In this document: in pieces, positions 33,942 to 39,611 of the stretch
Layout of the letters: the number at the start of each line of letters is the position of its first letter
Position numbering within the stretch: position 1 is the stretch's first letter
IMG/VR virus record: IMGVR_UViG_2563366977_000005
Span: 1 to 39,611 of that record
Strand: one strand, 5' to 3'
Source of the DNA: a virus
Lineage: Duplodnaviria; Heunggongvirae; Uroviricota; Caudoviricetes
Length of the DNA: 39,611 nucleotides
Notes under the pieces: generated by a model
Seen by the model: the letters and a program-made list of their open reading frames with translations, nothing else
Told to the model about the DNA's origin: nothing
The model's database searches: none
Position numbers and translations under genes: made by a program

Positions 33942-34649
33942 ATGGATTTGAACAAATTCGATGAGCCATTCAGCCCTGAAGATATCGAATGGCGAATACA
34001 GCAAAGCGGTAAAACACGCGATGGCAAGGTGTGGGCTATGGTGCTGGCTTATGTCACGAACCGGGCAATCATGAAACGCCTGGACGATGTTTGCGGCAAA
34101 GCAGGATGGCGCAATGAATACCGCGATATTCCCAACAACGGCGGAGTTGAATGCGGCATATCAATCAAGATTGATTCCGAATGGGTAACCAAATGGGATG
34201 CTGCTGAAAACACGCAGGTAGAAGCCGTCAAAGGTGGTCGTTCAGGTGCAATGAAGCGTGCTGCCGTTCAGTGGGGAATCGGTCGGTATCTGTATAACCT
34301 TGAGGAAGGTTTCGCACAAACATCTCTCGATAAAAAGCAGGGGTGGCACAGGGCAAAACTGAAGGATGGAACAGGATTTTGCTGGCTCCCTCCATCGCTG
34401 CCGGGATGGGCAATCCCAGCATCAGATAACAAACCATCACCAGAAAATACCAACCAGAAATCTCCATCGGTTGACTGCGAACAAATCCTGAAAGACTTCA
34501 GCGATTATGCGTCAACAGAAACTGACAAGAAAAAACTCATCGAGCGTTATCAGCGTGACTGGCAATTAATGGCTGGCAACGAGGAGGCGCAGGCTAAATG
34601 CGTTCAGGTAATGAACATCAGAGTTAACGAACTAAAACAGGCGGCATAA
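33942..34649 (+). CDS. Single-strand annealing recombination protein (Rad52-like N-terminal region, Erf-like C-terminal tail), 235 aa
   Basis: C-terminal 60 aa (...YASTETDKKKLIERYQRDWQL...VQVMNIRVNELKQAA) resemble recalled P22 Erf; N-terminal region resembles Rad52/Sak-type annealing proteins. Confidence 0.75.
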   Translation: MDLNKFDEPFSPEDIEWRIQQSGKTRDGKVWAMVLAYVTNRAIMKRLDDVCGKAGWRNEYRDIPNNGGVECGISIKIDSEWVTKWDAAENTQVEAVKGGRSGAMKRAAVQWGIGRYLYNLEEGFAQTSLDKKQGWHRAKLKDGTGFCWLPPSLPGWAIPASDNKPSPENTNQKSPSVDCEQILKDFSDYASTETDKKKLIERYQRDWQLMAGNEEAQAKCVQVMNIRVNELKQAA

Positions 34650-35156
34650 ATGGCAAGCAGAGGCGTAAATAAGGTGATTATCCTTGGTCGGGTAGGACAA
34701 GACCCGGAAGTTCGATACTCACCATCAGGAACAGCGTTCGCTAACCTGACAATAGCCACGTCAGAACAATGGCGAGATAAAAATACTGGCGAGCAAAAGG
34801 AATTGACTGAATGGCATCGTGTTGCTGTATCCGGGAAACTGGCTGAGGTCGTGGGGCAGTATGTGAAAAAAGGTGATCAGATTTATTTCGAGGGAATGCT
34901 GAGAACCAGAAAGTGGAAAGACCAGTCAGGGCAAGACCGTTACACAACCGAGGTTCATGTCGGAATTAATGGCGTGATGCAAATGCTTGGCGGCATTGGC
35001 GACAGCAAACAACAAGCAGCCAGCAGGCAATCACAGAAGCCACAGCAGCAATCATCACCAGCACAACACAACGAACCTCCGATGGATTTTGACGACGATA
35101 TACCCTTTGCACCAGTAACTCTCCCCTTCCCTCGTCACGCTATTCACGCAATTTAA
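34650..35156 (+). CDS. ssb: Single-stranded DNA-binding protein (168 aa) with 15-aa extension beyond the DDDIPF motif
   Basis: OB-fold region and Gln-rich linker are SSB-like; MDFDDDIPF is present but followed by [15 protein letters not shown]. Confidence 0.85.
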   Translation: MASRGVNKVIILGRVGQDPEVRYSPSGTAFANLTIATSEQWRDKNTGEQKELTEWHRVAVSGKLAEVVGQYVKKGDQIYFEGMLRTRKWKDQSGQDRYTTEVHVGINGVMQMLGGIGDSKQQAASRQSQKPQQQSSPAQHNEPPMDFDDDIPFAPVTLPFPRHAIHAI

Positions 35157-35169
35157 TCAGGAGAAAATC

Positions 35170-35463
35170 ATGCCAGCGCCTCTGTATGGTGCGGATGACG
35201 CGCGCCGCTGTTCCGGCAATTCCGTATCGGAGGTGCTGGATAAATTCAGGAAAAACTACAACCGGATAATGTCGCTACCGCAGGAAACGAAAGAGGAAAA
35301 GGAATTTCGCCATTGTATATGGCTTGCAGAGAAAGAAGAACGCGAGCGAATTTACCAGACATCAATCCGACCATTCCGCAAAGCCACATATACCCACTTC
35401 CCTGAAATTGACCCGCGCCTGCGTAATTACCGCTCACGCTATGGCGCTATCAGTAATGACTGA
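35170..35463 (+). CDS. Hypothetical protein (97 aa), possibly Abc2-like anti-RecBCD
   Basis: Position next to recombination genes and size; identity from memory only. Confidence 0.5.
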   Translation: MPAPLYGADDARRCSGNSVSEVLDKFRKNYNRIMSLPQETKEEKEFRHCIWLAEKEERERIYQTSIRPFRKATYTHFPEIDPRLRNYRSRYGAISND

Positions 35464-35473
35464 GGAATTTACC

Positions 35474-35638
35474 ATGAGAGGACTTGCATACAATCCCGGC
35501 ATTCTTCCGGCAGAAATGATTATTCGCCAACGCGTAAAGCCAATGCCATCGAGAGAGGAATTGCTTAAGAGAAATTCTTTTCCATCAGTAAATCAAAACA
35601 AATATCTGAATGCGATGTGGCGGAGTGGGAAGAAATGA
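35474..35638 (+). CDS. Small ORF (54 aa)
   Basis: Internal Met of ORF 35324-35638 placed just after the previous stop. Confidence 0.35.
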   Translation: MRGLAYNPGILPAEMIIRQRVKPMPSREELLKRNSFPSVNQNKYLNAMWRSGKK

Positions 35639-35913
35639 AACAAATGTCACTAATTGAGATGGATGGATTTCTGAAAGGTAAATGCATCCCACGAGATTTA
35701 AAGGTTAACGAAACAAACGCTGAATATCTTGTCCGTAAGTTCGGTGAACTTGAATCAAAACTCAACGAGCAGCGTGAGTATTACGAAGGTGTTATCTCGG
35801 ATGGGAGTAAGCGCATTGCTGAACTGGAGAAAAGCGAAGAGCAACTCATTATTGAGCAAGCAACTCACTGGATGCCACTACCAGAACCGCCACAGGAGTC
35901 GAAGAGTGAATAA
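35617..35913 (+). CDS. Hypothetical acidic coiled-coil protein (98 aa)
   Basis: ORF overlapping neighbours by short junctions. Confidence 0.45.
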   Translation: MAEWEEMKQMSLIEMDGFLKGKCIPRDLKVNETNAEYLVRKFGELESKLNEQREYYEGVISDGSKRIAELEKSEEQLIIEQATHWMPLPEPPQESKSE

Positions 35914-36127
35914 AGCAGAGTTATTTCAGAAAATATCGGCTCTCGCGACTGAATGCCACGCTATAGCATCTGAGCTTGATGTTGGCGATGAACGAACCGA
36001 GATGTTCGAAATATACAGTGTGCTGCGCAATCTCTGTCGGCGTGGCTACGCCACTCAAGTAGGGCGAATGACTAACCCACTACTCTCATCCTGTGATGAG
36101 GATGACTCGGATGAGGATGACGAATGA
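35906..36127 (+). CDS. Small protein (about 73 aa) with strongly acidic C-terminus (CDEDDSDEDDE), GTG start
   Basis: AGGAG 7 nt upstream of GTG; the upstream part of ORF 35729-36127 looks non-coding and overlaps the previous gene. Confidence 0.35.
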   Translation: MNKAELFQKISALATECHAIASELDVGDERTEMFEIYSVLRNLCRRGYATQVGRMTNPLLSSCDEDDSDEDDE

Positions 36128-36789
36128 TGCATAAATCAGTAGCCGGTGAGTTTCAGAAGGAAGTCGATAATACTACCGTTCTATTGGACGATATTTTAAG
36201 CATTCTCGCGCTGCTTGAGGCTGGCGATTGGTCAGAACATTGCACTAAAACAGAGCTAGGCGGTCGGCTTGAAAGAGAGATTACACGACTTATTGGTGAT
36301 GCGCAGGAAGCTACAGTCACTAGTTATGAGTTAATCGCTGAAGCCTGGCGTTTGATGGATGGACAAGATCCTAAAACCAGCGATTGGCATAGCAAGGCTT
36401 CGAAGTATTTAAATTCCAATAGGGTAGAAAAAGTTGATGATGTGAAACCGAAGCCAGTAGACCACGGTTTCCGCGATAACTGCGAATGCTCTAGTTGCCA
36501 GACCACGGCCCGTATTTGTTCCGAATTGACAGATAAGTCCAGCCTAATCTACGAAGTTAATGTAGGCGGTAATACATGGGTCGAATGCACAAGAGCTGCA
36601 TACGTAAGAGCAAAAGACAAGGGTGAATTAACCAGAGTTGTTACCAATCACCCAAATAATGAGCTTAAAGATCACCAGATTCGAGAACTGGTGAACGAGT
36701 TGAGGGATATTGCGGTTCAGTACCACGGAACGCAGCAATTGCGGGAGAAGATTGCCAGAGCAGTGAACAACTCAGTCCGTAAAAAATAA
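36124..36789 (+). CDS. Hypothetical protein (221 aa)
   Basis: Long ORF with balanced composition; ATGA overlap with upstream ORF. Confidence 0.6.
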   Translation: MMHKSVAGEFQKEVDNTTVLLDDILSILALLEAGDWSEHCTKTELGGRLEREITRLIGDAQEATVTSYELIAEAWRLMDGQDPKTSDWHSKASKYLNSNRVEKVDDVKPKPVDHGFRDNCECSSCQTTARICSELTDKSSLIYEVNVGGNTWVECTRAAYVRAKDKGELTRVVTNHPNNELKDHQIRELVNELRDIAVQYHGTQQLREKIARAVNNSVRKK

Positions 36790-37232
36790 GCAATAGTACG
36801 ATAAAGAGGCCCCATGCTCTTGATGGGGCCTGTAGCAACTAGCGTTATGGACGCTGGTTTACGTACTCAATGATCGCTTTGATAATCGCGAACATCGGCG
36901 GCACGATTTTGAACAGTAAGTTAACCATAACAGGCCTCACTTAGTTTTATCGCGCCTAGCTGCAAATACCTTTGGGCTTGCCTTTGCAGTTGCAATATCT
37001 GTAGTCGCCAGATACTTACGGCACGATTTCGAGTTAAGGTAAGGTTTTAGAGTCACCAAAAACCTGGACTTAAATCTTCTTTGAGAACAACGATGTTTAG
37101 TAAATGGTCATTATTACCTGGTATGACCACTCAACGTTTCTTGATGAATCCAGTACATTCGGTTAATCTTAATTCAGTCGCCAGATACTTATGGCTCAGG
37201 AACAGAGCCGCAAACTCTGTTTCCTTTTAAAA

Positions 37233-37260
37233 AGCCCAGCCTAGTCAACTGGGCTTTTTA
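37233..37260. terminator. Bidirectional intrinsic terminator
   Basis: AGCCCAG / CTGGGCT stem flanked by A4 upstream and T5 downstream. Confidence 0.65.
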
Positions 37261-37554
37261 ATGTCTATTTTTAACCCAATGAACCTTCAATACCGCAACA
37301 TCAGTGTCTTGCGAATTAAGATAGTGTGTATAGGTTATACATGCAAGTGCATAACTCTGTGGATAACTCAGGAAGGAAAAAGTAGCTTCCGCGCAATTTA
37401 GGCCAGACAAGGCTTTCGCAAAAGTCAACGGAGAGAAAAAATTTGTTAAAAATAACGTTTGTTGGAATTGTATATATTTATGCCTTTCAATAGTTAGCAT
37501 CTTATTAACATCTTTTTTAAGAGATAGAGTTCAAAAATATATAGCTTCAACATA

Positions 37555-37574
37555 TACTGTATGTATATACAGCA
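37555..37574. promoter_or_regulatory. LexA (SOS) box TACTGTATGTATATACAGCA
   Basis: CTG-N10-CAG with TA-rich spacer matching the E. coli LexA consensus; 17 nt upstream of the umuD'-like ATG. Confidence 0.7.
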
Positions 37575-37590
37575 TTAAGAGGCGAGTATT

Positions 37591-38046
37591 ATGGGCTTCC
37601 CTTCTCCTGCGGCGGATTATGCTGAGAGCCGTATTTCTCTTGATCAGCAGATAATTAGACATCCTTCAGCGACCTACTTCTTGAGGGCAGCTGATAGCCA
37701 TCATCGTGAGGGAATATTGCAGGGTGCATTGCTGGTGGTCGATTCATCACTCACTCCTGTTGATGGATCTCTTCTTGTATGTGCTCTGGATGGGGAATAT
37801 CGCGTAAAAAGATACCGGAAGTATCCGCGCCGCCATGATTGTCTTTCTCCTAATGCAGGAAAAGCAGAATGGCTAAATCATCAGCAGAGCGCAAAGCCGA
37901 TCAGAGAGCCAAGCAAGCATCATCCGGTATGCGTAAGCTGGAGCTTGTACTTGATGCTCAGGAAATTGAAATGCTGGATCGTAACTGAGCCACGCGCCGC
38001 TTCAGGCATTCGCCTTGCGAGTTTGGTGAGTACATCGCGTTACTGA
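37591..38046 (+). pseudogene. umuD'-like gene remnant: first ~85 codons are UmuD/S24-peptidase-like, remainder of the ORF is not
   Basis: GFPSPAADY...HPSATYF...LLVVDS...DGEYRVKR aligns with recalled UmuD including Ser and Lys positions; the C-terminal half is R/S/W/C-rich and looks out of frame; no frame continues the homology. Confidence 0.5.
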
Positions 38047-38207
38047 GCCGCCAGGATGATGCACGTGTGCGCTGGCGTATAAAATCGATCAGCAGAAAAC
38101 GTTGCGGTAAGTGCGGCGAGAGAGTTCCTGTTAATTCATGCCCGTGTAATGGTGACTCACAATGCTGGGTGACCAAAGGCTGGCACGAAACAAAATTAAT
38201 GATATAA
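37869..38207 (+). other. ORF with RBS interrupted by in-frame TGA (37986-37988); 39-aa N-terminal part plus 72-codon Cys-rich continuation
   Basis: Hand translation: MAKSSAERKADQRAKQASSGMRKLELVLDAQEIEMLDRN-stop-ATRRFRHSPCEFGEYIALLSRQDDARVRWRIKSISRKRCGKCGERVPVNSCPCNGDSQCWVTKGWHETKLMI. Confidence 0.3.
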
Positions 38208-38213
38208 ATCTCT

Positions 38214-38225
38214 GTGACATGTCAC
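38214..38225. promoter_or_regulatory. Perfect 12-bp palindrome GTGACATGTCAC just upstream of the RBS of the next gene
   Basis: Directly visible; candidate operator. Confidence 0.35.
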
Positions 38226-38235
38226 GGAGGCGGCA

Positions 38236-38664
38236 ATGAAATTAGACCAGCAATATCTAAAAGATTTACTTATCGCATTCGAAAAAACTCGTGGCCCTGA
38301 CACGATGCTTAGTGAACTAGAGGATAATGGCTTTAATAGATATGACCAAGATTTTATTTTCCATATGCGATTATTATATGACTACGAATTAATAGTCAGG
38401 GTTGATGGAAAACCTGGGTTCGGTCATATAATGTCCAAAGCGTTAGGGGAAGGTGTTGGATATAGTTGGATCGAAGTACCACTGAGGTTGACAGCAAGAG
38501 GGCATGATTTTATTGCTGACTTACGTCAAAAGGATGTCTGGCAAGCTATAAAAACAAACTTTAAGGATGAGGGAATTAGTACACTTATGAGTGTTTCAAA
38601 ATCACTAGCAAAAGGCTTTGCAAGGAAAAAGATAAAAGATATTACAGGAATAGATATTGAATAA
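38236..38664 (+). CDS. Hypothetical protein (142 aa)
   Basis: ORF with GGAGG upstream of ATG; followed by an intrinsic terminator. Confidence 0.6.
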   Translation: MKLDQQYLKDLLIAFEKTRGPDTMLSELEDNGFNRYDQDFIFHMRLLYDYELIVRVDGKPGFGHIMSKALGEGVGYSWIEVPLRLTARGHDFIADLRQKDVWQAIKTNFKDEGISTLMSVSKSLAKGFARKKIKDITGIDIE

Positions 38665-38709
38665 TTCTTAGCATCAAGCAACTACTGCCTTTGGTGGAAA
38701 TTATATCTG

Positions 38710-38734
38710 AACTCGCTACGGCGAGTTTTGTTTT
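38710..38734 (+). terminator. Intrinsic terminator
   Basis: AACTCGC-TACG-GCGAGTT hairpin followed by TTGTTTT. Confidence 0.6.
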
Positions 38735-38747
38735 ATGGAGATGATAA

Positions 38748-38915
38748 ATGCACTTCCGAGTCACAGGTGAATGGAATGGAGAGCCATTCAACAGGGTTAT
38801 CGAAGCAGAGAACATCAACGACTGCTATAACCACTGGATGATATGGGCGCAGATAGCGCATGCAGACGTAACCAATATTCGAATTGAAGAACTGAAAGAA
38901 CACCATGCCGCCTGA
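38748..38915 (+). CDS. Small protein (55 aa)
   Basis: GGAG 8 nt upstream of ATG; stop codon lies in the loop of a hairpin followed by T6. Confidence 0.45.
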   Translation: MHFRVTGEWNGEPFNRVIEAENINDCYNHWMIWAQIAHADVTNIRIEELKEHHAA

Positions 38916-38929
38916 TGGCGGTTTTTTAT
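38907..38929 (+). terminator. Weak intrinsic terminator overlapping the stop of the 55-aa ORF
   Basis: CCGCC-TGAT-GGCGG followed by TTTTTTATT. Confidence 0.45.
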
Positions 38930-39286
38930 TGTAGACAAGAAATGTCAGATTTGGCTATGAAGGTTTTGAAATGGCAATCGACTGGCGATGTCGGCATCAG
39001 TAGCGCAACTCTTGCCTCAATCGCATGTGGACTGAAAAAGAATATCTATGGTCATAGCTTCGGTGCTCCACATGACGCAGCCGATTTCCGGCGATGCGTT
39101 GCACTTGTTGAGCAGATTCCAGAAATCAGAGATTCATTCGACAAGGTTGCAAAGCGCGTTCCGGCATTCAAAGGCATCCTCAACGAATGGGATTCTCTCG
39201 TTGCTCTGTTGAAGTCTGAAATGAAGATACACGGAAACAAAGCACCAGAGACTTACAGAAGAATCAGCGAGCTACGCAAGGACTAA
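38915..39286 (+). CDS. Hypothetical protein (123 aa as drawn; likely starts at 38942 or 38957)
   Basis: First 9 codons of the ORF coincide with the upstream terminator, so a downstream Met is more likely. Confidence 0.5.
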   Translation: MAVFYCRQEMSDLAMKVLKWQSTGDVGISSATLASIACGLKKNIYGHSFGAPHDAADFRRCVALVEQIPEIRDSFDKVAKRVPAFKGILNEWDSLVALLKSEMKIHGNKAPETYRRISELRKD

Positions 39287-39410
39287 CCACAGTCTCACAC
39301 TCGATGAGGCCTGTTCATTTCTCAAGATATCCAGACCTACCATTGCTGCATCAATGCGGCTTTTTATTGCCTGATTTGCAGGTTCGATTCCATATTCGGA
39401 GATAGCACTC

Positions 39411-39611
39411 ATGCAACACGAACTACAGCCTGATTCACTGGTTGATTTGAAATTCATCATGGCCGATACTGGCTTTGGTAAAACCTTCATCTACGACCGG
39501 ATTAAGTCCGGCGACCTGCCAAAAGCCAAAGTTATCCACGGTCGAGCAAGATGGTTATATCGTGACCATTGTGAATTCAAAAATAAGCTCTTAAGCCGCG
39601 CCAATGGGTAA
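39411..39611 (+). CDS. xis: Excisionase / recombination directionality factor (TorI-like), 66 aa
   Basis: Translation matches KplE1 TorI as recalled; ends exactly at the window edge. Confidence 0.8.
   Translation: MQHELQPDSLVDLKFIMADTGFGKTFIYDRIKSGDLPKAKVIHGRARWLYRDHCEFKNKLLSRANG

Noticed and set aside
37958-38176. 72-aa - strand ORF antisense to the Cys-rich region
   Set aside because: Low-complexity, junk-like translation with no RBS; the + strand frame is more protein-like.
39272-39490. 72-aa - strand ORF overlapping the xis start
   Set aside because: It is antisense to the well-supported excisionase and to the upstream regulatory region.

Overview
The window reads as one complete, mosaic P22-like temperate prophage (about 39.6 kb) of an enterobacterium, running exactly from the integrase start codon (1) to the excisionase stop codon (39611). 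All calls rest on reading the six-frame translations and the DNA by eye against recalled protein families; no searches were run. Gene order on the + strand: integrase, gtrA-gtrB-gtrC O-antigen glucosylation operon. On the - strand: a contiguous P22-type late operon (tailspike, ejection proteins gp16/gp20/gp7, gp14, tail needle gp26, gp10, gp4, coat, scaffold, portal, large and small terminase), a KilA-N gene, a phage-21-type lysis cassette (holin, signal-anchor endolysin, Rz/Rz1), lambda-like Q with its pR' promoter, a nin region (NinH, RusA, DUF1364-like, Rha/KilAC antirepressor-like, NinF, NinD, NinB), DnaB-like helicase, O-like initiator with internal ori iterons, cII-like and 434-type cro. 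On the + strand again: 434-type cI with three OR and three OL 14-bp operators, lambda-type nutL and N, an early-left operon (CIII-like, annealing protein, SSB, several small ORFs) and a TorI-like excisionase. No rRNA, tRNA or CRISPR array was found. No single convincing new multi-gene system stands out; the best candidates are accessory cargo at classical moron slots. The most interesting are: a signal-peptide protein translationally coupled to cI; an SOS (LexA) box in front of a truncated umuD'-like gene, followed by an ORF interrupted by an in-frame TGA; an ORF-poor repeat/hairpin island at 36.8-37.3 kb; a GGCTCT hexamer tandem repeat encoding an (EP)8 linker in the late operon; an SSB whose normally terminal DDDIPF motif is internal; and an orphan Mnt repressor followed by a 25-aa hydrophobic peptide ORF.
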